DNA of 64,000 bases from the NCBI GenBank assembly GCA_035577785.1, contig DATLUZ010000297.1, positions 7,802-71,801 on the forward strand, written 5' to 3'. How positions within the stretch are numbered: the first letter of the stretch is position 1; each line of letters begins with the position of its first letter. Positions 35,352-43,957 of this stretch are shown piece after piece. A program made the translations under genes and the position numbers. The notes under the pieces are model-generated. The model did not search any database and was not told the DNA's origin. It saw only the letters and a program-made list of their open reading frames with translations. The stretch comes from Burkholderiales bacterium (lineage in GTDB: Bacteria > Pseudomonadota > Gammaproteobacteria > Burkholderiales > SG8-39).

Positions 35352-36938
35352 ATGACGACGCCCTTCTCCTGGACCAACCCCTACGCCTGGCCGCGCAAGC
35401 CCCTGCTCGCGGCCAACGCGGTGTCGACCTCGCAGCCGCTCGCCGCTCAGGCCGGCCTGCAGATGCTCGCCGCGGGCGGCAGCGCGGTGGATGCGATCCT
35501 CGCCACCGCGATCACGCTCTCGCTGGTCGAGCCGGTCTCCAACGGCATCGGCTCCGACGCCTACGCCATCGTCTGGGACGGACGCCGGCTTCACGGGCTG
35601 AACGCCTCCGGCCGCTCGCCGGCGGCGTGGACCCCCGATTTCTTCGCCGGCCTGAAGTCGATGCCGGTGCGCGGCTGGAACAGCGTCAGCGTGCCGGGCT
35701 GCGTGTCGGCGTGGGTCGAGCTTCACGCCAGATTCGGAAGACTGCCCTTCGAGAAGCTCTTCGAGCGCGCCATCGGCTATGGACGCGAGGGCTTTCTCGT
35801 CTCGCCGACGATCGCGGGCCAATGGGAAAAGCAGGTTCCCGAGCTCAAGAACCAGCCCGGCTTCGCGCAGGCCTTCATGCCCGACGGCCGCGCGCCGCGG
35901 CCGGGCGAGCGATTCACGTGGAAGAGCCACGCCGACGTGCTGGAGAAGATCGCGCAGACGCGCGGCGAGGCCTTCTATCGCGGCGCGATCGCCGAGAACA
36001 TCGACGCGCACGCGCGCAAGCACGACGCGGCGATGCGCGCATCGGATTTCGCCGCTCACAAGAACGACTGGGTGACGCCGCTCGAGATGGACTACCGCGG
36101 CTACACCCTGCACGAGATTCCGCCGAACGGCCAGGGAATCGTGGCGCTGATGGCGCTCGGGATCCTCGAGCACTTCGACCTTCGCTCGCACCCCGTGGAC
36201 GGCGCCGACAGCGTTCACCTCCAGATCGAAGCGGTCAAGCTCGCCTTCGCCGACGCCTGGCGCTACGTGGCCGACATCGACCACATGGACGTGCGCCCCG
36301 GCGCGCTGCTCGACAGGGAATACCTCAAGGCGCGCTCGAAGCTCATCGATCCCAAGCGCGCGCAGAGCTTCGGCGCCGGCACCCCGCCGAGGGGCGGCAC
36401 GGTCTATCTCACCGCGGCCGACGCCTCCGGCATGATGGTGTCCTACATCCAGTCGAACTACATGGGCTTCGGCTCCGGCGTGGTGATCGACGGAGTGTCG
36501 CTGCAGAACCGCGCCGCCACGTTCGTGCTGCAGAGCGGGCATCCCAACTGCGTCGGCCCGAGGAAGCGCCCTTACCAGACCATCATCCCGGGGTTCGTCA
36601 CCAAGGACGGCGCTCCCGTGATGAGCCTCGGCGTCATGGGCGGAACCATGCAGCCGCAGGGCCATGCGCAGGTCCTGGTTCGCATCGCGGAGTACGGCCA
36701 AAGCCCGCAGGCGGCGTGCGACGGCCCGCGCTTTCGCTTCGTGCAGGACATGGACGTCAGCATCGAGGACGGCGGGTTCGAGCCGGCGGTGGTCGGGGAG
36801 CTGCAGCGCCGCGGCCATCGCATCGTCACGATCGACGACTACAACCAGTTCGGCAGCGCGCAGCTCATCTGGAAGCTCGACGGCGGCTATTTCGTCGCCA
36901 GCGATCCTCGCCGCGACGGCCAGGCTGTCGGGTTCTGA
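35352..36938 (+). CDS. ggt: Gamma-glutamyltransferase family protein
   Basis: 528 aa with an autoprocessing/nucleophile region GGTVYLTAAD and a family-typical N-terminus. Confidence 0.9.
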   Translation: MTTPFSWTNPYAWPRKPLLAANAVSTSQPLAAQAGLQMLAAGGSAVDAILATAITLSLVEPVSNGIGSDAYAIVWDGRRLHGLNASGRSPAAWTPDFFAGLKSMPVRGWNSVSVPGCVSAWVELHARFGRLPFEKLFERAIGYGREGFLVSPTIAGQWEKQVPELKNQPGFAQAFMPDGRAPRPGERFTWKSHADVLEKIAQTRGEAFYRGAIAENIDAHARKHDAAMRASDFAAHKNDWVTPLEMDYRGYTLHEIPPNGQGIVALMALGILEHFDLRSHPVDGADSVHLQIEAVKLAFADAWRYVADIDHMDVRPGALLDREYLKARSKLIDPKRAQSFGAGTPPRGGTVYLTAADASGMMVSYIQSNYMGFGSGVVIDGVSLQNRAATFVLQSGHPNCVGPRKRPYQTIIPGFVTKDGAPVMSLGVMGGTMQPQGHAQVLVRIAEYGQSPQAACDGPRFRFVQDMDVSIEDGGFEPAVVGELQRRGHRIVTIDDYNQFGSAQLIWKLDGGYFVASDPRRDGQAVGF

Positions 36939-36944
36939 ACCAAG

Positions 36945-37086
36945 AATCAGGGACAGACCACGTTTGTTTTCTTCCTAGGATCGAGACCCTCAGAGAGTGC
37001 GCGCCGCCGGGGAGCGGAACCAGGATCAAGCAGGTGGTAGGCGCAGTGCCGCCGCGAAGGGGAAAAAACGTGGTCTGTCCCTGATT
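36945..37086. repeat. 142-bp element bounded by perfect 19-bp inverted repeats (MITE-like element or long-stem structured RNA)
   Basis: aatcagggacagaccacgt at 36945-36963 is the exact reverse complement of 37068-37086. The arms extend imperfectly inward (T-rich and A-rich runs). The element fills the ggt-gst spacer and contains no convincing ORF. Confidence 0.6.
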
Positions 37087-37099
37087 TGAGAGGTGCACG

Positions 37100-37720
37100 A
37101 TGTTGAAGATCTGGGGAAGGGTGAACTCGGTCAACGTCAAGAAAGCGCTGTGGGCGGCCGAGGAGCTCGGGCTCGAGTACGAGCGCATCGACGCCGGCCT
37201 GCAGTACGGCGTCAACAAGACGCCCGCGTACCTCAAGATGAATCCGACCGGGCTGGTGCCGACGATCGACGATGACGGCTTCGTGCTGTGGGAGTCCCAC
37301 TCGATCGTGCGCTACCTCGCGGCGAAGCATAGCCCGGGCGGTCTCTCGCCCGCCGACCTCAGGCAGCGCGCCGACGCCGAGCGCTGGATGGACTGGACCT
37401 ACAGCTTCCAGAAGGAGTTCCAGCGCCCGATTTTCTGGCCGCTGGTGCGCACGCCGCCGGAAAAGCGCGATCCCGGCGCGATCGAGGCGGCGCGCAAGGT
37501 CTGCGCCGACCTGCTGAAGATTCCCGAGCAGACGCTCGCCGGCCGGCGCTATCTCGCCGGAAACGAGCTGACGATCGCCGACATCCCCCTCGGCTGCCAC
37601 GTGCAGCTCTGGATGCGGCTGCCGCTCGAGCGCCCGGAGCAGCCCCACCTGCGTGCCTGGTTCGAGCGCCTGTGCGAGCGCCCGGCCTTTCGCAAGATCG
37701 TCGACATCCCCCTTTCCTGA
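37100..37720 (+). CDS. Glutathione S-transferase
   Basis: 206 aa with an N-terminal thioredoxin-like GST fold (VPTIDDDGFVLWESHSIVRYL) and a helical C-domain. Confidence 0.9.
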   Translation: MLKIWGRVNSVNVKKALWAAEELGLEYERIDAGLQYGVNKTPAYLKMNPTGLVPTIDDDGFVLWESHSIVRYLAAKHSPGGLSPADLRQRADAERWMDWTYSFQKEFQRPIFWPLVRTPPEKRDPGAIEAARKVCADLLKIPEQTLAGRRYLAGNELTIADIPLGCHVQLWMRLPLERPEQPHLRAWFERLCERPAFRKIVDIPLS

Positions 37721-37723
37721 AAG

Positions 37724-38719
37724 CTAGCGCAGCGCGAGGTTGCGCGCCTTCTTGTCCTCACCGGCAAGCTCCTTCACCCGCGTGTAGAAGGCGGTGAGGT
37801 CGCCGCCCTTCTCGGCCAGCAGGCGCTCGAACGCGGGCACGAGCTCGGTATATACCGCGATCGAGACGAGGAAGGCGTTCGTCGGCTCGGCGGGCACGAA
37901 GCTGCCGAACTCGGCCCGCAGCGCCTCGAACTCGCGCGCCTTGACGCGCCTCTTCTCGTCCTCGGAGACGTCGCTCTTGTAGACCGCTTCGAGGCGCCTG
38001 CGCGCGGCCTCGACGCGCGCGGCGAGCTGGCGGCGGCGGCTTTGCGCCGCGCTGAACGCGGCGATCTCCTTTTCGCGGCCCTGCGCGCGCAGCCAGCGGC
38101 GCACCCCCTCCTCCTCCACCGCCACGGCGAACGACTCGTTGAAGGTCGTGTCGTCGCGCGCGTAGGCGACCTGGTGCGCGAGCTCGTGGAAGAGGAGCCT
38201 GGCGAGCTGCGCGTCCGGGTACCGGATGAACGTCGACAGGAGCGGATCGTCGAACCAGCCGAGCGTGGAATAGGCCGGCACGCCGCCGACGTACACATCG
38301 TTGCCTGCGGCTCGCAGCTTGTCGGCGTGGCCCCGCGCATCGGCTTCGACGAAGAAGCCGCGGTAGCTGACGCAGCCCACGAAGGGGAAGCATTCCTGCT
38401 TCGCCTCGGTGGAAAAAGCCGGAGCGGCGTAGACGTTCCAGGCGACGAACGGCCGGCCGAGGTCGGCGTAGGACTCGTAGCTCCCGTTGCGCGGCAGCGC
38501 GAGCTCGCGCGAGGCGAACTCGCGGATGGCGCGCGCCAGCTCGAGCCGGCCGCGCAGATCCTGCGGCGTCGCCGGGTCGGCGAGCCAGGTCTCGACCGGT
38601 CGCGCGGCGCGCATGATGCCGAGCTGGCCGCTGATCGCCTGGGCGTAGTACTGCATCGACTCGCAGCCGGAGAGCATGAGCACCGCTGCGAGAAGCGCGC
38701 CGCGCGCCGTTGCCAACAT
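37724..38719 (-). CDS. Predicted zinc aminopeptidase lipoprotein (DUF2265 family)
   Basis: ORF trimmed to ATG 38719 (MLATARGALLAAVLMLSGC lipobox). It has an HELAHQ metal motif. TGATG overlaps the upstream hydrolase. Confidence 0.8.
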   Translation of the reverse strand: MLATARGALLAAVLMLSGCESMQYYAQAISGQLGIMRAARPVETWLADPATPQDLRGRLELARAIREFASRELALPRNGSYESYADLGRPFVAWNVYAAPAFSTEAKQECFPFVGCVSYRGFFVEADARGHADKLRAAGNDVYVGGVPAYSTLGWFDDPLLSTFIRYPDAQLARLLFHELAHQVAYARDDTTFNESFAVAVEEEGVRRWLRAQGREKEIAAFSAAQSRRRQLAARVEAARRRLEAVYKSDVSEDEKRRVKAREFEALRAEFGSFVPAEPTNAFLVSIAVYTELVPAFERLLAEKGGDLTAFYTRVKELAGEDKKARNLALR

Positions 38720-39336
38720 CACTGGAATCGTCCTTCGCGCATGAAGCGCTCGATCTGGCGGCCAACCGCCGGCGACACGATGAGCACGCTGTGCCCTGCG
38801 GCGACCAGCGCGCGCGCCGCCATGCCGTCGACCGTCGTCTCCTCGACCCGCACCACGCCGTCGTTCGGACCCGGCAGGCGGCCGAACGCCCGCCCGAGGC
38901 CGAGCGGCACCGTTCCGGCCAGGACGCCGAGAGGCGCATCGCGTTTCCAGACCGCTTCGCGCTCCTGCCAGAGCTCGCCGCACGCGCCCATCATCCAGCG
39001 GCCGAGCCGCGCCGTTCCGAACCTGCGTCCCGCAAAGCAGCCGCGCACCGGGGCGCCGAGCAGGATCGCCGAAGCGACCGGCAGCTCGGGACGGGCGTTC
39101 AGCGTCTCCAGGATCAGCACGCCGCCGAGGCTATGCCCGACGAAATGCGCCGCGCGGCCGTCGAGCGACTCGCGCACGAAGCGGGCGAAGCGCGCCACAT
39201 TGCCCTCGAGCGGGCTGCGGCCCCGGTAGGTGAAGACGTGAGGAAAGTAGCCGGCGCGCGCCAGGCGCGACGCGAGGAGCGTCATGGCCGCGCCCGGCAT
39301 CCACAGGCCCGGCGCGAGCACCACGTCGCGCGCCAC
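38719..39336 (-). CDS. Small alpha/beta hydrolase
   Basis: C-terminal 205 codons of the spurious ORF 38719..40680. GTG 39336 overlaps the MFS TAG stop. It starts VVLAPGLW and has nucleophile GHSLGG. Confidence 0.75.
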   Translation of the reverse strand: MARDVVLAPGLWMPGAAMTLLASRLARAGYFPHVFTYRGRSPLEGNVARFARFVRESLDGRAAHFVGHSLGGVLILETLNARPELPVASAILLGAPVRGCFAGRRFGTARLGRWMMGACGELWQEREAVWKRDAPLGVLAGTVPLGLGRAFGRLPGPNDGVVRVEETTVDGMAARALVAAGHSVLIVSPAVGRQIERFMREGRFQ

Positions 39337-40454
39337 TATTTCTTCTCCGCAGTCAGCAGCAATACCAGCCCCACGCACAAGGGAACGATTCCGAACAGCG
39401 CATAGGTCGCGCCGTAGGAAGAGGTGACGCCGAGCGCGAAATGAAACAGCGGCGGCGTCACCACGACCCCGAGGAACGTGAAGAACGACGATCCGCCGGT
39501 GACGTCGCCGATGCGGCCTTGCGGCGCGAGGCGCGTCAGCTCCGCAAGGAACACGCCGTTCCATCCCACCGCCGTGACGCCGAGCGCGACCGCGAACACG
39601 AACAACGCCCAGAGCGGCCAGCGCGCGCTCGCGCCGAACGCGCACAGCGCGGTGACGCCCATTCCAACGCCGAGCAGGCCGAGCGTGGCGCGGCGGCTGA
39701 GCAGGCGATCGGCGACGACGCCACACAGCACGCGCCCGGCGACGCTGGAGAGCTGCGACACGGCCATCACCATGCCCGCGAGCACCAGCGTAAGCGCGAA
39801 CGACTCGGTGAGGAAGGCGACGAGATAGGCGACCAACGTAATCTGTACTCCGCCGTAGACAAATGACGTCGCCGCGAGTTGCAGGATCTTCGGCTGGCGC
39901 AGAACCAGCGCCACCGGGGCGAACGCCGAGCGCAAGGACACCGGAGCCGCCCGGTTGCGCGCGTTGTCGTAATCCTTGCGCAGCGGCGCGATCACCAGGC
40001 CAAAGGACGCGCACACTGCGCCGACTATGAGCGCCGCGGCTTGCCATCCGAGCGCAAGCAGCAGGACGGGCACCGCCGCGCCCGCGATCGCGGTGCCGAG
40101 CGGCACGCCGGTCTGCTTGATGGAAAAGGTGAGCGCGAGCATTCCGGGGGGCGCCGCGCGCGCGAGAATTACCGAGCTCGCCGGCGTGGCCGGACCGTAG
40201 CCCAGGCCGATCAGCATGGCACCGGCGAGCACCGCCGGTAGCGCGCCGCTCGCGGCGATCGCGAGGCCGCAACCGCACAGGAGCATTCCCACCTGCGACA
40301 CGCGGATCGGACCGAAGCGCTCGACCCAGCCGCCCGCGGTGGCGGTCCCGATCATCGAGCCGAAATACGCCACCGTAACGAAGTAGCCCACCGCGGCCGG
40401 CGCCACTCCGAGCAGCGGCGCGGCCGCCGGCGCCATGACCGGAGCGCAATACAT
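39336..40454 (-). CDS. MFS transporter (N-terminus probably extends to a CTG at 40514)
   Basis: 372 aa from the first canonical start. The upstream in-frame codons remain open and hydrophobic (SVALPLAATLAIQTLVATA), so TM1 looks cut off. Confidence 0.8.
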   Translation of the reverse strand: MYCAPVMAPAAAPLLGVAPAAVGYFVTVAYFGSMIGTATAGGWVERFGPIRVSQVGMLLCGCGLAIAASGALPAVLAGAMLIGLGYGPATPASSVILARAAPPGMLALTFSIKQTGVPLGTAIAGAAVPVLLLALGWQAAALIVGAVCASFGLVIAPLRKDYDNARNRAAPVSLRSAFAPVALVLRQPKILQLAATSFVYGGVQITLVAYLVAFLTESFALTLVLAGMVMAVSQLSSVAGRVLCGVVADRLLSRRATLGLLGVGMGVTALCAFGASARWPLWALFVFAVALGVTAVGWNGVFLAELTRLAPQGRIGDVTGGSSFFTFLGVVVTPPLFHFALGVTSSYGATYALFGIVPLCVGLVLLLTAEKK

Positions 40455-40510
40455 CGCCGTCGCGACCAGCGTCTGGATCGCGAGCGTCGCTGCGAGCGGC
40501 AGCGCGACGC

Positions 40511-41416
40511 TCAGCTTTCGCGCGCCTCGCGTTGAGACGCGCGCACGGAGTCGAGCAACGCCTGCGCCCGGTAAGCGACGGGGTAATCGACCATCTGGCC
40601 GTCGACCTGAATCGCCGCCGCGCCGCGCGCCTCGGCTTCCCTGAAGGCCGCGACGATGCGCTCGGCGCGCGCGAGCTCATCCGGGCTCGGCGTGTAGGCG
40701 CGGTTGACCGGGCCGATCTGGTCCGGATGGACGCACAGCCTCCCCTGGAATCCGCCGCGGCGGCTGCGCTCCAGCGCGCGCTCGAACGCCTCGACCTCCT
40801 TGAAGTGAAACCACGGGCTGTCGATCGGGCCCTCCAGCCCCGCGGCGCGCGAGGAGAGGACGATCCTCGCGCGCGCCTCGGCGAGCTCGGGTTCCTCGAG
40901 ACCGACCGTGAGACCCAGCTCGTGCGCGTAGTCGGCGGCGCCGAACGCCACCCGCTTCACGCGCCACGGGGCCTTGTACGGCCGCAGGCTGCGCGCCTGG
41001 ATCACCCGGTCGATGCGCTGCACGCCTGCCGCGGTCTCGATCTGGGGAATGAGGTCGATCGCGCCTTCGACCATGCCGCGCTCGCGCTCGAGCGCCGCGA
41101 GCAGCCAGTCGATCGCGTGGAGGTCGGCTGCGCTTTCCACCTTGGGCAGCAGCACGCCGTCGACGCGCTTGTGGATCGTGGCGGCCAGGTCGGCATAGCA
41201 GAAGGCGCTCGAGGGCGCGTTGACGCGGACGTAGCCGAGGCAGTTGCGCGGCCTCGAGAGCGCTTCGGCGACGGGCTTGCGCGTCGCCTCCTTGTCCGAG
41301 ATCGCGACCGAGTCCTCGAGGTCGACGATCACGGCGTCGGCCGCGAGGGTCAGGGCCTTCTCGACCCGGCGCGCGACGTTGCCCGGGGCGAAAAGAAGTG
41401 AACGCAGCAGCGGCAT
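40511..41416 (-). CDS. HpcH/HpaI aldolase / citrate-lyase beta-like CoA-ester lyase
   Basis: 301 aa starting LFAPGN, with DLEDSV and acidic metal-binding residues typical of CitE-like lyases. Confidence 0.88.
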   Translation of the reverse strand: MPLLRSLLFAPGNVARRVEKALTLAADAVIVDLEDSVAISDKEATRKPVAEALSRPRNCLGYVRVNAPSSAFCYADLAATIHKRVDGVLLPKVESAADLHAIDWLLAALERERGMVEGAIDLIPQIETAAGVQRIDRVIQARSLRPYKAPWRVKRVAFGAADYAHELGLTVGLEEPELAEARARIVLSSRAAGLEGPIDSPWFHFKEVEAFERALERSRRGGFQGRLCVHPDQIGPVNRAYTPSPDELARAERIVAAFREAEARGAAAIQVDGQMVDYPVAYRAQALLDSVRASQREARES

Positions 41417-41429
41417 CGGCGCATTCTCC

Positions 41430-42587
41430 CTATTCGAGGAGCGTCCGCTCGCTCCATTGCGGATAAGGCTGCAGCGTCGACGACTGCAGCCACTCCGGCC
41501 AGATCACTGCAGCCTTGCCGCGCTGGATCTGCACCACTGCGGGGCGCGCCGCCCTCTGCTCCCCGGTTTCGGGGTCGACCTTGTAGCCGCCGAGCACGGT
41601 GTCGGTCTCCATCTCCGCGAGCGTGGCGCGCAGCTTTTCCTGGTCGAGGGATTTGGTCCGGCGCACCGCTTCGGCGAGCACCGTGCCGGCGGCATGGCCC
41701 TGGGCGGCCGCGAAGGTGGGCGGCGCCGACCAACGCGCTTCGAACGCCGCGGCGAACTGGTCGTTGCCGAGGGTCCTGAACTTCGGATCGTATTCCTTCA
41801 CCGCCAGCGCGAATTCGGCGTCCTGCCCCACCAGGCGGATGAACCGCGGATCGGCCGCGCTGCGCGCGAAGAACAGACGCGGCGCGTAGGCGAGCTTCTT
41901 CAGGCTGCGCACGACGTCGGCCGTGTCGCGCGGCTCACCGAACACGATCCAGGCATCCGCGCTGCCGTTGTAGATGTAGGAAGCGAAATTGGTGTCGCCG
42001 GCCCCGTAGGCCTGGACATCGCCGACGTCGAGGCCCTGCTTCATCGCGCGCTCGTGCGCCGACTCGGCCATCTCCTGGACGGTGTGATCGTTGCGCGCGA
42101 TGATGAACGCGCTCGAAACCCCGGCCGCCTTTGCCACTTCGAGCACCCCCACGCCATAGGCGGAATTGGGCATCGTGGTCTGGAAAAGATAGCGCGGCGC
42201 GCGCTTGTGGACCGCAAGCGAAGGCCCGGCGCCATTGATGAGCACCCTTCGTGCGCGCTCGGACTGCGCGCTCGCCATGAGGGTGGCCGCCGAGCCGTAG
42301 GGGCCTATCAGGAGGTCGGTCTTGCCGCGGATCAGCTCGGCGTAGAGCTCGCCGCTGCGTTTCGCGTCCGACCCGTCGTCGAGCAGCCGCAGCTCCACGC
42401 GCCGGCCGAGCAGGCCGCCCAGGGCGTTCACCTCGTCCTGCCAGAGGAGCAGCGCCTTGCGGTAATCGGCGGCGAGCGGAGCGAGCGCCCCGGTCTGCGA
42501 CACCGCGGCGCCGACCACGATCGGCGCGGGCTGTCCGCAGGCCGGAAGCGCGATCAACGCCAGTAGAATGCGTATCAGGAATGACAC
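41430..42587 (-). CDS. ABC transporter substrate-binding protein (Leu/Ile/Val-binding-like, Peripla_BP_6)
   Basis: 385 aa. The GTG start is preceded by GAGGAG 8 nt upstream, and the signal peptide ends ALPACG. Confidence 0.85.
   Translation of the reverse strand: MSFLIRILLALIALPACGQPAPIVVGAAVSQTGALAPLAADYRKALLLWQDEVNALGGLLGRRVELRLLDDGSDAKRSGELYAELIRGKTDLLIGPYGSAATLMASAQSERARRVLINGAGPSLAVHKRAPRYLFQTTMPNSAYGVGVLEVAKAAGVSSAFIIARNDHTVQEMAESAHERAMKQGLDVGDVQAYGAGDTNFASYIYNGSADAWIVFGEPRDTADVVRSLKKLAYAPRLFFARSAADPRFIRLVGQDAEFALAVKEYDPKFRTLGNDQFAAAFEARWSAPPTFAAAQGHAAGTVLAEAVRRTKSLDQEKLRATLAEMETDTVLGGYKVDPETGEQRAARPAVVQIQRGKAAVIWPEWLQSSTLQPYPQWSERTLLE
42564..42569 (+). promoter_or_regulatory. TAGAAT -10-like hexamer for the FAD oxidoreductase gene, encoded by codons 7-8 (ATT CTA) of the divergent SBP gene
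   Basis: ATG 42581 lies 11 nt downstream. Confidence 0.3.
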
Positions 42588-43957
42588 TGCCCCATCTCCT
42601 CGGCGAGATTGTAGGCGCTCGCAACGTCCTCACCGACCCCGCGCAGACGAAACCGTACTTCACCGACTGGCGGAAGCAGTATTGCGCGCCGGCCGAGTGC
42701 GTGGTCCGCCCTGGAAGCACCGCCGAGGTCGCGGAGGTGGTGGCGCTTTGCGCCCGCGAGGAGGTCGCGGTGGTGGCGCAAGGCGGCAACACCGGGCTCG
42801 TCGGCGGCTCGGTGCCGACCGGATCGCGCCGGGAGATCGTGCTGTCGCTCGGCCGCATGAACCGGATCCGCTCGCTCGATACGCTGAACGATACGATCAC
42901 GGTGGAGGCGGGCTGCGTGCTGGCGGCCGTGCAGAAGGCCGCCGAAGACGCCGGGCGATTTTTTGCGCTCTCCCTCGCGGCGGAGGGCAGTTGTCAGATC
43001 GGCGGCAACCTTTCCACGAACGCAGGCGGCGTGAACGTGCTTCGTTACGGCAACGCGCGCGAGCAGGTGCTCGGACTAGAGGTGGTGCTGGCCGACGGCC
43101 GGGTGTGGGACGGACTGCGCGCGCTGCGCAAGGACAACACCGGCTACGACCTCAAGCAGCTCTTTCTCGGCGCCGAGGGAACGCTCGGCATCATCACCGC
43201 CGCCGTCCTGCGGCTCCTCCCCCGATCGAGCGCCACGGCAACCGCCTGGATCGCGCTCGACAGCCCGCGCGCCGCCGTCGAGCTGCTCGGCGTCCTGCGG
43301 GGACTCCTCGGCCAACGCGTGTCGGCCTTCGAGCTCGTGTCCCGCGCATGCCTCGACACCGTGCTCGCGCATTCGCACGGACTCCAGGACCCGCTCGCGG
43401 CGCCGCATCCCTGGTATGTGCTGGCCGAAGTCGGCGACAGCGGCGACCCCGCGGCGCTGCACGAGCGCGTCGAGACCGCGCTCGCCGACTGCGCCGAGCG
43501 CGGCGCACTGCGCGACGCGGTGCTCGCGCAGAGCGGCGAGCAGTCGCGCGACCTGTGGCGCATCCGCGAGACCATCCCGGAAGCTCAGTTCACGAATGTA
43601 AAGCACGATATCTCGCTGCCGGTTTCGAAGATCCCCGAATTCATCGAGCGCGCCGGCCGGAGCCTGCGCGAGCGCTTCGGCGACATCGACATCTACTGCT
43701 TCGGCCACGTGGGCGACGGCAACCTCCACTACAACATCGGCTCCGAAGCGCTGATGCCCCGCCGCGAAGAGGTGAACCGCGCGGTGTACGACACGCTCGA
43801 GCCCTTCGGCGGCTCGATCTCCGCCGAGCATGGCCTCGGGCAGCTCAAGCGCGAGGAGATCCGGCGGCACAAACATCCGCTCGAGCTCGAGCTCATGCGC
43901 AGCCTCAAGCACGCGCTCGACCCGAAGGGCTTGCTGAATCCTGGAAAGGTCCTCTAG
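42581..43957 (+). CDS. FAD-binding oxidoreductase (GlcD / D-2-hydroxyacid dehydrogenase family)
   Basis: 458 aa with an FAD_binding_4 N-domain (VVAQGGNTGLVGGSVP) and an FAD-oxidase C-domain (SISAEHGLGQLK). Confidence 0.9.
   Translation: MTLPHLLGEIVGARNVLTDPAQTKPYFTDWRKQYCAPAECVVRPGSTAEVAEVVALCAREEVAVVAQGGNTGLVGGSVPTGSRREIVLSLGRMNRIRSLDTLNDTITVEAGCVLAAVQKAAEDAGRFFALSLAAEGSCQIGGNLSTNAGGVNVLRYGNAREQVLGLEVVLADGRVWDGLRALRKDNTGYDLKQLFLGAEGTLGIITAAVLRLLPRSSATATAWIALDSPRAAVELLGVLRGLLGQRVSAFELVSRACLDTVLAHSHGLQDPLAAPHPWYVLAEVGDSGDPAALHERVETALADCAERGALRDAVLAQSGEQSRDLWRIRETIPEAQFTNVKHDISLPVSKIPEFIERAGRSLRERFGDIDIYCFGHVGDGNLHYNIGSEALMPRREEVNRAVYDTLEPFGGSISAEHGLGQLKREEIRRHKHPLELELMRSLKHALDPKGLLNPGKVL
42608..42613 (-). 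promoter_or_regulatory. TACAAT -10-like hexamer for the SBP gene, encoded by codons ATT GTA of the divergent FAD oxidoreductase gene
   Basis: The predicted start near 42601 would give a 14-nt leader that begins with the GAGGAG SD. Confidence 0.3.

Noticed and set aside
34382-37084. 900-aa plus-strand ORF spanning adh, ggt and the inverted-repeat element
   Set aside because: It is off-frame relative to two well-supported genes. Its product is Arg/Gly/Ala-rich low-complexity sequence.
38719-40680. 653-aa minus-strand ORF
   Set aside because: Only the last 205 codons (the alpha/beta hydrolase) are credible. The remainder is off-frame over the MFS and citE-like genes.
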